Source of the DNA: an uncultured Collinsella sp.
GTDB taxonomy: Bacteria; Actinomycetota; Coriobacteriia; Coriobacteriales; Coriobacteriaceae
NCBI GenBank assembly: GCA_959019775.1
Contig: CAUEPS010000004.1
Location: 43,457 to 107,456 of the forward strand
Length of the DNA: 64,000 nucleotides
Direction: 5' to 3'
Shown here: positions 7,713 to 17,191 of the stretch, piece after piece
How positions within the stretch are numbered: position 1 is the stretch's first letter
How the letters are laid out: the number at the start of each line of letters is the position of its first letter
Made by a program: the position numbers and the translations under genes
The notes under the pieces: model-generated
The model's database searches: none
Told to the model about the DNA's origin: nothing
What the model saw: the letters and a program-made list of their open reading frames with translations, nothing else

Positions 7713-8555
7713 ATGAAGACAACGTTCAAAAAGTCCGTACTCGCATTCCTGACATGCGTCCTGGCGCTCGCCTTTGCCCTGACGGGCTGCAGCGGCGGCG
7801 GCAAGGACCCCAAGGCCAACTTCGTCGGCAGCTGGCAGTACTCGGGTGGAACCTTGGACGGCGAAGAGCTCACCGATGAGTACATGGATATGCTCAAGGA
7901 GTGGGGCCTCAACTGTATCCTGATCCTCGACGAAGACGGCACGGGCACGCTCGACCTGTTCCTTGAGGTTGTCGACCTTAAATGGGAGGCCAAGGACGCA
8001 ACCACCGCAACCATCACCGCCGAAGGTGAGTCGCAGGACCTGAAGCTCAAGGACGGTAAGCTCGTCCTCGAGGAAGACGGAGACGAACTCGTCTTTACCA
8101 AGTCCGACAAGGATCTGTCCGACACGGTGAAGAAGGATCGCGAGGCCGCCGAGAAGGAAGAGGAGATCGATGAGGCCGTCGATGACGGCGATGTCCAGAG
8201 CGTCGAAATCTCTCCCGCCGTCACCGTCGCCGACGACGACCTGTGCACCATCACCATCACCGAAAAGTTCAAGGACGACTGGGGCGACATCGGCTTTGTC
8301 GTCAACATCACCAACAAGAGCGACAAGGACCTGACTTTCTACGCCCCCAGCGGCAAGACCAACGTCAACGGCACCATGAAGGAAGCCTGGTTCTCGGCTC
8401 ACCTGATGCCCGGCACCAACGCCACCGAGGAATTCACGTTCTCGAGCGGCGAGCTCGATAGCCTCGACGACCTGGTCAACACGACCATCGGCATCGATGC
8501 CTACCTGACCGATTCCTACGAGGACATCGCCTCCTACAGCGCAACCATCGCGTAA
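7713..8555 (+). CDS. Lipoprotein, acidic, unknown function
   Basis: ATG at 7713 is preceded by AAGGAGG. The signal peptide MKTTFKKSVLAFLTCVLALAFALTGC carries an LTGC lipobox. The longer track ORF from 7476 overlaps the previous gene and was rejected. Confidence 0.75.
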   Translation: MKTTFKKSVLAFLTCVLALAFALTGCSGGGKDPKANFVGSWQYSGGTLDGEELTDEYMDMLKEWGLNCILILDEDGTGTLDLFLEVVDLKWEAKDATTATITAEGESQDLKLKDGKLVLEEDGDELVFTKSDKDLSDTVKKDREAAEKEEEIDEAVDDGDVQSVEISPAVTVADDDLCTITITEKFKDDWGDIGFVVNITNKSDKDLTFYAPSGKTNVNGTMKEAWFSAHLMPGTNATEEFTFSSGELDSLDDLVNTTIGIDAYLTDSYEDIASYSATIA

Positions 8556-8608
8556 CGACAGACATCGACAGTCGCGGATTGGCGGACACATCCGTGCACA
8601 TGCCAGAC

Positions 8609-8637
8609 GGGGCCGCAGGAGCTGATCCTGCGGCCCC
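8609..8637. terminator. Hairpin between convergent genes
   Basis: GGGGCCGCAGGA-gctga-TCCTGCGGCCCC forms a 12-bp perfect stem. Confidence 0.6.
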
Positions 8638-8751
8638 GCCGCTTTGCGTCGATAGCACCATTTCGCACAAGTAAGCCGCCCACCGTTTCCCTGCGCGAAA
8701 AACAGCGGGCGGCTCATCTGCGCAGTACCAAAGCACAGTCAAACACCCCGA

Positions 8752-9375
8752 TTACGGGTGCTCCATGTTGGGAACGATGCTACCCTCGGTGACGGCATGT
8801 ACGGCCAGGCGCATGATGTTGTCGTAGCCGGTCTTGCTGAGGATCTCCGAGATACGGCGCTTGATGGTGCCCTCGCTCATAAACAGCTCTCCCGCGATCT
8901 CGCGGCGGCTCTTGCCCTCGCAGGCAAGGCGCAAGATCGATAGCTCCACGTCATCGAGCGCCGCCGTGCCCGAAAAGATGCTTTTGGGCGGCTTGGGAAA
9001 CGTGCAGTAGCCCGCCAGCGTGGAGCGCATTACGGCAAACAACTCGTCGATGCCGACGTTCTTGTACACAAAGCTGTCAACGCCCGCCTCGCGCGCCTGG
9101 TCCACAAAGGTGATCTCGGGCATGCCGGTCATGATGATGACGCGACACTCGGGAAGCTGCTCTTTAATGCGCGCCGCCGCCACGATGCCATTGGAATCAT
9201 GCTCGGTGCACACGTCCATCAAAATCATGTCGGGACGCTCCTTGAGCACAACGTCCAAGGCTTCGGAGGCATCGGCAATGGCGGCGACAACGGTCATATC
9301 GGGCTGGTCGCCAACGGAGCGTGCCAGGCTCTCGCGCAGGATGGCCTGGTCTTCGACGATCAAAACGCGGATCAT
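8752..9375 (-). CDS. LuxR/NarL-family response regulator
   Basis: 207 aa with a receiver domain (MIRVLIVEDQ..., ILMDV) and a C-terminal LuxR HTH (REIAGELFMSEGTIKRRISEILSK). Its start overlaps the kinase stop (ATGA). Confidence 0.9.
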   Translation of the reverse strand: MIRVLIVEDQAILRESLARSVGDQPDMTVVAAIADASEALDVVLKERPDMILMDVCTEHDSNGIVAAARIKEQLPECRVIIMTGMPEITFVDQAREAGVDSFVYKNVGIDELFAVMRSTLAGYCTFPKPPKSIFSGTAALDDVELSILRLACEGKSRREIAGELFMSEGTIKRRISEILSKTGYDNIMRLAVHAVTEGSIVPNMEHP

Positions 9376-10871
9376 GAGCTTCTCCTTTGAACCGTGGCGT
9401 CGGGGCTCAGCGGTATGGATACCGCAAGCGTAAAGGGCGGGGCGGTGTGGACCTCCAGGCTGCCGCCCAGATCTTGTGCGACATGCCTCATACCTGGGAT
9501 ACCCGTTCCCTCGCGATACGATACGGGGGCAGGGGATCCATCGTTGGAAATCGTCATGCGCGCGACGGCATCACCGTCCCGCCCCTCCTGCCACAGGCGC
9601 ACATGGACCTGGTGCGCCTGCGCATGCTTGGTGGCGTTGGTCGAGGCCTCGCGGATAATCTGCAGAAAGGCCGCGGCGACACGCGCGTCGTCGGGGAGCG
9701 ACCCCTCAACATCGATCTGCACGCTCACCAAGCCAAAAGCGTGGACGATATCGCCCAGCTGCTCTGCCGGCTCGCTGGCGCCGCCACTGCGTAGGTCGGC
9801 GGCGATCGAGCGCAGCAACGGGTCAATTTGCTCGAGCGATTCGTCGTCCAGGCGCCCCTCTTCCAGATAGCGATGGAGAATGGACAGGCGCTGCCCGATC
9901 ACGTCGTGCACGCGAGCACGCATACGCAGGTAGGCCGCATTGTCGGCAACTTTTTTAACCTCTTCGATCTGCGCCTGGAGTTCCTGGCCCGCAAGCTCGA
10001 GCAGGTGGTTGGCCTGCGCCAGGCGGTCGTGGGCATGCGCATACTCCGTCACGTCCAGGCCGATAATGCGCTCAAAGAGGCGGCCCGAAACCATAACGTC
10101 GTCGTGCACAAATAGGCGAATCTCGGCGGGAGAAATCTCGATCACCGCACGAGCCTCACCAAAGCGGTCCAAGTTAATCCGCACACGGTCCCTACTGCTT
10201 TCGGGCATTTGCATGCTGAGCTTGCGAAGGCCATTCCACGTACCGCTCATATCGCCCAGGTCGGTGGGCATATGAAGCTCCACGAGGTTTTTGCGCATGC
10301 AGCGGTTCATGAGCAGCGGGCGACCCTTCGGGTCCAGATACAGGATGCCCACAGGGATCACGTTGATGGTTTCGATCGTCGAGAACGCGGTGATATCCTC
10401 CTGGCGGTTGCGAACGTCCATCAAGAGCGCCGCAACGGAACGGAACAGGAAGAACGCTCCCTCTACGATAAGGACCACGGTCCATGCCGGCCCCATGGCA
10501 TAGACCACCGGCGGCGTCACAGCGGCAACGAGCAGCAGCTCGGCCAACATGACGGGGCGACGATAGCGCACCATAAGCACCACGCCATAGAAAAAGATCG
10601 CGGCATTGAGCCATAGCGCTCCGCCCATTGCCCTGGCGCAAACGTCAAGCGGCGCCACCAAATACGAGCCAGACGACGCGAACAGGACGACAGCCGAGAT
10701 AATCAGATGGATGACCAGGCTCGACTCGTAAGCGCAAATCACCTTGCGGTTGTAGGACGAACGACGCGATGCGATGAGCGGGACGTGAATGGTCTGCAGG
10801 CACGCCGCCAGGGCAAAGACGACGTCAAGCGCGACGACCTGGGGAAGGATAAGTGGAATCTGCATCGTCAC
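9372..10871 (-). CDS. Membrane sensor histidine kinase, HisKA_3 type
   Basis: 499 aa with a multi-TM N-terminus, H-box VHDVIGQRLSIL and an HATPase_c segment (IIREASTNATKHA ... GTGIPGM). The start is GTG 10871 or ATG 10865. Confidence 0.85.
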   Translation of the reverse strand: MTMQIPLILPQVVALDVVFALAACLQTIHVPLIASRRSSYNRKVICAYESSLVIHLIISAVVLFASSGSYLVAPLDVCARAMGGALWLNAAIFFYGVVLMVRYRRPVMLAELLLVAAVTPPVVYAMGPAWTVVLIVEGAFFLFRSVAALLMDVRNRQEDITAFSTIETINVIPVGILYLDPKGRPLLMNRCMRKNLVELHMPTDLGDMSGTWNGLRKLSMQMPESSRDRVRINLDRFGEARAVIEISPAEIRLFVHDDVMVSGRLFERIIGLDVTEYAHAHDRLAQANHLLELAGQELQAQIEEVKKVADNAAYLRMRARVHDVIGQRLSILHRYLEEGRLDDESLEQIDPLLRSIAADLRSGGASEPAEQLGDIVHAFGLVSVQIDVEGSLPDDARVAAAFLQIIREASTNATKHAQAHQVHVRLWQEGRDGDAVARMTISNDGSPAPVSYREGTGIPGMRHVAQDLGGSLEVHTAPPFTLAVSIPLSPDATVQRRSS

Positions 10872-12667
10872 TCACCCGCCCGCGGCATCAAGACAATCAT
10901 GCGCAACTGGCCGGGCTCGCCCTCAAGGCGATATGCCACGTTGCGCCCCTGCAGTGCGCTTTCGAGCTCGCGGGCCGCCGGCGTCTGCGACAAGTCTTCC
11001 TCGTCGTCGGAAAAGAGCGTGGCACGCAGCTCCACGCTGCACCGGTCATGGTCGCTCAGGTGATACATGAGCGCCGGATGGTCGGTGGTGTAGGCGAAGA
11101 ACGCAAAATCGTACACGCAGTCATACAGCGCGCTTACTGTGCTGGCGTGCATCGAGCGTCGTATGGCGATAATCGAGGCACAGTCGACATCGATGGTGCG
11201 CAGGTCACTTGCCAGCTCGTTGGCGATCAGCTGGATGCGATCACGGTCAAAACCGCTCTCACCGTGCTGTGCCAGCGTGAGCGACCCCTTGCGCTTGCAA
11301 TAGGCAACGAGCATCTTGGCGCACTGCAGCATGCGGTAACGCTCGTGCGAAGACGCCTCGTCGGTAATCGGCGGCAGCGAGCTCAGCAGGTCGTACATCT
11401 CTTCGAGCGCGCGGGCAAGCGCCTGGTCCACGTCTTGGACCAGCAAGGCCTCGGCCTCTTGGTCTGCCAGATGCGTCTTAAGGTCGTAGTCGGCCGTGAG
11501 CAGTTCGTTTTGGCGCTGCAGCTCCATGCGACGATGCGCCAGCTCGCGGTTGAGCTCGTTGAGTTCCGACACGTCCTGGGCAAGCAGGGCCGATCCGCCC
11601 AACAGCGGAAAGGCGCGATACATCACATCGGGATCAGGCGCCACGGCAAAGGCGTGGGCATGCCCATGCTCCTGGGCCCGCAGCTCCTCGCGTACGCCCT
11701 CTGGCGTTGGCTTTGACACCGGCGTGGCATAGACTTCCCGCAGGTCGCGCGTTAGAACTTTGAGGTCGAGCGGCAAGGTGTCGAAGATGCCGGCGATATC
11801 GTGATACGACGGGATGACGCCACAATCGAGGCAGATCTCCATCGTCACCACGCACAGCACGCAGTAGACGAGCGAAAAGTTGAGTTTCCACGCCCAAGGC
11901 ATGCGCAGGGCGTATGAGATGGCAAAGAACGCGCCGCCCAGCAGCACGAGTGCCGCCGTGCCCGAAAAGCGCTGAATACGATAGGACGAGGACCGACCCA
12001 CCAAAATGAAGAAGGCGACAAAGTTAAAGGCCGTCCACACTAAGACGGCGAAATAGCCTCAGCCGTACGTGTAGTCGTTGCTCCAGGTGTCGCTTGCGCG
12101 GTCAAAGTGGAATACCTGCCGGTGGAAATCGTTGGTGAGCACAAATCCGATAAGCAGGATGGCCACAATCCACAGAATGCCGCGGTAACGGCGGCCCGTA
12201 CGATGTTGCTCCAGGCCCGCCAGACGCAGGCCGCAGAGTTGGTAGAGCAGCGGAACGAGCGTCATAGGCACGTAGTACAGGTACCACAGCACGGTGGCAT
12301 AATACGGTGTGAACGACTTGTACTTGAGGATGACCTCGATCATCCATAGGGCGCAGATGGTGGCGATGGCCACAAGGCGCCGACGCAACACATAGTCCAA
12401 ACAGCGTAGGTAAACCAGCACGCCCCAGATCGAAAAAGCGATTGCAGCGACAAGCAGCGGAATCGAGCTCGAGTGAACGAGCGCATCCACGACCTCTTCG
12501 GACACCTCGCTATAGACGGGTGCGATGTTGGAAAGCTTGGGGTCGGAGGCGAACAGCGCCGGCAAGGCAGCCAATAGTATAAGGAACAGCGCAGTGATGG
12601 CGCCGGCGATAGCGAAGACGCGGTGGCGGTATACACGATGCGTTATGCCAACAAGGAATCGCGGCAT
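10868..12667 (-). pseudogene. 7TM sensor-like protein (HisKA_7TM-like membrane domain + coiled coil + degenerate kinase-like C-terminus) interrupted by one in-frame TGA at 12061-12059
   Basis: Track ORFs 12059..12838 and 10868..12040 are in the same frame. The minus strand reads ...TAC GGC TGA GGC TAT TTC GCC GTC TTA GTG TGG..., so the stop falls inside the multi-TM region. The likely start is ATG 12667 (MPRFLVG...). Confidence 0.6.
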
Positions 12668-12892
12668 GGCGAAGAGCGTGCCGCCCCTAGGATCCGCCAC
12701 GGGTGCGGATCGGGCGGCCGCGTGGCCGATATGTCGCTCGCGGGTACCCATAGTACTTTTAGTGTACCGACAGATAGGCCAAAAAAGCGGGCCGCATGTC
12801 CCAAAATCCGCAGACGGCAAAACGCCCGACGAGCGCAAACTGCTCGCCGGGCACCTTGGTTAGGAGGCTATGAGGCTGGGGGTTCAGTACCC

Positions 12893-14335
<1,443 letters not shown>

Positions 14336-14466
14336 TCATACGCTGCTTGTCGTGGCTTTAGTATCCCCGCAAACGGGACGCCGCTCAACGACGGCAACGC
14401 AGGTCGACACTTCTTTTCGCACACAGGCGCCCAGCAGCCGCCCACGCCTGACACTTTTTGATACCC

Positions 14467-14508
14467 AACCACCACAAAGGGGACAGGCACCTTTGTGGTG
14501 GTTTGGGG
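14467..14508. repeat. 42-nt hairpin repeat, copy 1 (left flank of the ATPase insert)
   Basis: AACCACCACAAAGGGGACAGGCACCTTTGTGGTGGTTTGGGG matches 15721-15762 at 41 of 42 positions. The stem is CCACCACAAAGG/CCTTTGTGGTGG. Confidence 0.9.
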
Positions 14509-14514
14509 GGGGGG
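14505..14514. repeat. G10 homopolymer tract
   Basis: Ten consecutive G counted in gtttgggggg ggggcggcga. The tract extends the 3' end of repeat copy 1. Confidence 0.9.
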
Positions 14515-14552
14515 CGGCGATCCCACATAGCCGCCCTCGGCCAGCAGGCAAT

Positions 14553-14581
14553 TTGACTGAATAGGAAAAAAAGGAAAAAAT
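14553..14581 (+). promoter_or_regulatory. Putative promoter inside an AGGAAAAAA-repeat purine tract
   Basis: TTGACT (14553-14558), 17-nt spacer, AAAAAT (14576-14581), then AAAGGAG as RBS before ATG 14605. Confidence 0.4.
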
Positions 14582-14604
14582 AGGAAAAAAAGGAAAGGAG
14601 ACTT

Positions 14605-15711
14605 ATGACTGAAACCATCTTCTCCCCTTCATTTGGAAATCGCCCATCCTATCTCGTTGGGCGAGGAAGTGTAATTTCAACATTCATCTCCGGCCTTGAG
14701 CAGGAGCCGGGCAATCGAGACCGCGCCATGCTCATGCTCGGCCAGCGAGGAAGCGGCAAAACGGTTCTCCTGTGGGAGCTCGCCGATCGCGCTCGCAAGC
14801 TTGGCTTCGTCGTCGCCACACCCACCGTTGCCTCCGAGGACATGCTCGAGCGCATTGTTGAAAAAATCCAAGAGGCGGGCGAGCCCTATGCCAACAAACG
14901 TCATCATCCTAAACTCACGGGCGGTAGCCTGAGCGTCTTCGGTTTCTCAGCCGGCCTCGAGTTCACGCGCGACGTACAGGAAACCAAGAGCTTCCAGTTC
15001 AAGCTCACGCAACTAGCGCGCAAACTAACCGAGCAAGGACATGGCATCCTCATCCTCATCGATGAGCTCCAGGCCAATTCGCCCGAGATCAGACAACTCG
15101 TCACCGCTTATCAAGAGCTCGTCGGCGAGGGACTCAACGTCGCGCTCGTTATGGCGGGCCTTCCGGGAGCGGTCTCGGCAACACTCAACGACCGTGTGCT
15201 GACGTTTCTCAACCGCGCGCGCAAAGTCACGCTCGAACCGCTTTCAGTCGGAGATGTCGATGCCTATTACCAGCGGGCCTTCGAAGAGCTCGGCCTTGAT
15301 ATCCCAAGCGATCTTCGGCTGGATGCCGCTCGCGCAACCCAGGGCTCGCCCTACATGCTGCAGCTCATCGGCTACAACATCGCCAATCGTTGCCAGGCAG
15401 GAGAACGCGTAACACAAGAGCTAGTCGACGGAGCCATTGGGGCGTCAAAGGTCGATTTCGAAAACGATGTGTGCGAGACGACGCTCGCCGCGCTCTCGGA
15501 CCAAGACATTGCGTTTCTTGCCGCAATGGCGGATGACGAAGACACCGTGTCGCGCATTTCTGATGTAGCCGAGCGCATGTCGGTCACACCCGACTACGCA
15601 CAAAAGTATCGCCGGCGCCTTATCGACGCCGGCGTGATCGAACAGGCCCGCCGCGGGTATGTGCGTTTCGCTGTTCCTTATATGGCTGACTACCTGCGAA
15701 GTCAGCTGTAA
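14605..15711 (+). CDS. Orphan P-loop ATPase (Arch_ATPase/ORC-Cdc6-like AAA+) with a C-terminal winged-helix-like domain
   Basis: 368 aa with Walker A GQRGSGKT and Walker B ILILIDE. The C-terminal part (ISDVAERMSVTPDYAQKYRRRLIDAGVIE) looks wHTH-like. Codon third positions are visibly AT-richer than in the neighbours. Confidence 0.75.
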   Translation: MTETIFSPSFGNRPSYLVGRGSVISTFISGLEQEPGNRDRAMLMLGQRGSGKTVLLWELADRARKLGFVVATPTVASEDMLERIVEKIQEAGEPYANKRHHPKLTGGSLSVFGFSAGLEFTRDVQETKSFQFKLTQLARKLTEQGHGILILIDELQANSPEIRQLVTAYQELVGEGLNVALVMAGLPGAVSATLNDRVLTFLNRARKVTLEPLSVGDVDAYYQRAFEELGLDIPSDLRLDAARATQGSPYMLQLIGYNIANRCQAGERVTQELVDGAIGASKVDFENDVCETTLAALSDQDIAFLAAMADDEDTVSRISDVAERMSVTPDYAQKYRRRLIDAGVIEQARRGYVRFAVPYMADYLRSQL

Positions 15712-15720
15712 CTGTAGACA

Positions 15721-15762
15721 AACCACCGCAAAGGGGACAGGCACCTTTGTGGTGGTTTGGGG
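15721..15762. repeat. 42-nt hairpin repeat, copy 2 (right flank of the ATPase insert; also terminator of the DUF4867 gene)
   Basis: AACCACCGCAAAGGGGACAGGCACCTTTGTGGTGGTTTGGGG sits directly between the two convergent stops. Confidence 0.9.
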
Positions 15763-16407
15763 TTAGTCGCAGGTGATGTCGAGGTTCTTGCCGGTGAGGC
15801 CTACGTAGCCGCCTTCGGCTGCCTTGGGGCTGTCGGCGTGACAGAGGACCCACTTGTCGGCCTTCCAGTAGCAGTAGCTGTCACCGGCGGCAGGCATGTC
15901 GGTCGCAGCCTCGGGACGCGGGCCGTTGGTACCAGCGGGCAGCGCAACCATCACCTGGAAGCCGCCGTCGTCGACCATGCACGGCGTGTAATGGAGCGTC
16001 GTGGCGTAGACCTCGACGAGCGTACCGGCCGGCGCGCGGAATGCCTTGACCTGCGCGGTATCGAGCTTGCCGTCGACGATTTGCTCGCGCTTGGCCAGCA
16101 GCAGGATAAAGTCGCGAGCGCCCAGGTTGAACTCGCTGGCGCGGTGATACTCCAGGCAGTTGAGCTTCGTGTTATGGCCGTTGCACCAGCCCAGCTGGAA
16201 GGGGCGGCCGCCGTACATGAGCAGACCGAGCGTTTCGGCGCCTTCGACCTGCTCGAGCTCGGGCGCAGAGGCCACATACTTGCTGCCCTCGGGAATGGGC
16301 GTGGCGGCGAGCGCCTCGACAAGCGGGACGGTCAGGCTGGAGGGTACGTCGTCCCACACGCGGCCGTAGGACTTGAACTCGGGATCGGTAACAGAGTAGA
16401 TATGCAT
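15763..16407 (-). CDS. DUF4867-family (cupin-like) protein
   Basis: About 214 aa, MHIYSVTDPEFKSYGRVWDD... ATG 16407 has AGGAG 5 nt upstream; the track start GTG 16413 is the alternative. The family call is from memory of this conserved N-terminus. Confidence 0.6.
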   Translation of the reverse strand: MHIYSVTDPEFKSYGRVWDDVPSSLTVPLVEALAATPIPEGSKYVASAPELEQVEGAETLGLLMYGGRPFQLGWCNGHNTKLNCLEYHRASEFNLGARDFILLLAKREQIVDGKLDTAQVKAFRAPAGTLVEVYATTLHYTPCMVDDGGFQVMVALPAGTNGPRPEAATDMPAAGDSYCYWKADKWVLCHADSPKAAEGGYVGLTGKNLDITCD

Positions 16408-16416
16408 GTTCACTCC

Positions 16417-16442
16417 TGTTCGTAAATGTGACTATACGAACA
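16417..16442. promoter_or_regulatory. Candidate operator TGTTCGTA-N10-TACGAACA abutting the DUF4867 RBS
   Basis: Perfect 8-bp inverted arms at 16417-16424 and 16435-16442. Confidence 0.4.
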
Positions 16443-16490
16443 TTCTAGAACAATCCCGAGCGGTTTTATACACCCACTTCGCCTGGTCAA

Positions 16491-16522
16491 CAAAAAGGTG
16501 CCCCCGCATAAGCGAGGGCACC
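16491..16522 (-). terminator. Rho-independent terminator after luxS
   Basis: The minus strand has a GGGTGCCC..GGGCACC stem followed by TTTTTG. Confidence 0.6.
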
Positions 16523-16551
16523 CGATGCACGCGTTTTGAGCAGTGAAGCAC

Positions 16552-17040
16552 TTATGCCTGCTGGTAGTGCAGGTGCTTCTCGTCGATATCGGCCAGGTCG
16601 CGGTCGAGGTAGCGGCGCGCGAGCCAGTTGGCCATGGGGAGATTTTGATCCAGGTAGTTGCCACACTCCTCGGGAGCGGCTCCGGGGACATCGCCCTCAA
16701 AGTCGGCGACGAACTCAAACAGCTCGCGGACGAGCGGCAGGATCTCCTCGCTCGTTACCTCACCAAACACGACCAGGTAAAAGCCCGTGCGGCAGCCCAT
16801 GGGGCCAAAGTAGACAATACGGCTCGACCACTCGGCATGATTGCGAAGGAAGGTCGCGCCCAGGTGCTCGATGGTATGGCACTCGGCCGTGTTCATGACC
16901 GGCTCCTTGTTGGGCGTGGTCAGGCGCAGGTCAAAGGTGGTGACGGCAGTGCCGGTCGCCGGAACGCGGTCGATGCGGCTCACGTACACGCCGGGCTCAA
17001 GCAGCAGATGATCGACAGAAAAGCTCGCGATGCGCTCCAT
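16552..17040 (-). CDS. luxS: S-ribosylhomocysteine lyase
   Basis: 162 aa with the metal-binding HTIEH motif, catalytic GCRTGFY, and typical length and N-terminus (SFSVDHLLL). Confidence 0.95.
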   Translation of the reverse strand: MERIASFSVDHLLLEPGVYVSRIDRVPATGTAVTTFDLRLTTPNKEPVMNTAECHTIEHLGATFLRNHAEWSSRIVYFGPMGCRTGFYLVVFGEVTSEEILPLVRELFEFVADFEGDVPGAAPEECGNYLDQNLPMANWLARRYLDRDLADIDEKHLHYQQA

Positions 17041-17114
17041 GGCAGATCCTCTCGTTAGTCAATTTGGGACGGGGCTCTTTTAGCTGGTTCGAATGGTCGC
17101 ACCAATCATACCAG

Positions 17115-17156
17115 TCAAAAAAGCCCCGTCCCAAATTAGCCACCTGGGACGAGGCT
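17115..17156 (-). terminator. Intrinsic terminator between the kinase and luxS; part of a four-segment alternative-pairing region (17061-17191)
   Basis: The minus strand reads AGCCTCGTCCCA-ggtggctaatt-TGGGACGGGGCT, a 12-bp stem with one G.U pair, followed by TTTTTTG. Confidence 0.6.
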
Positions 17157-17191
17157 AATGATTTTTTGATCCCCGTCCCAGAAAAATCATT

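Noticed and set aside
12038-12064. Selenocysteine recoding of the in-frame TGA in the 7TM sensor gene.
   Set aside because: The codon lies within a transmembrane segment with no redox context. The downstream hairpin is only 6 bp and does not resemble a bacterial SECIS. No sel genes are in the window. A nonsense mutation or sequencing error is more parsimonious.
14560-14600. A CRISPR-like or tandem-repeat array, suggested by the AGGAAAAAA x3 tract and the dispersed hairpin repeats.
   Set aside because: The units are 9-10 nt purine runs without spacers. The dispersed repeats are not regularly spaced and have no unique spacers, and no cas genes are present.
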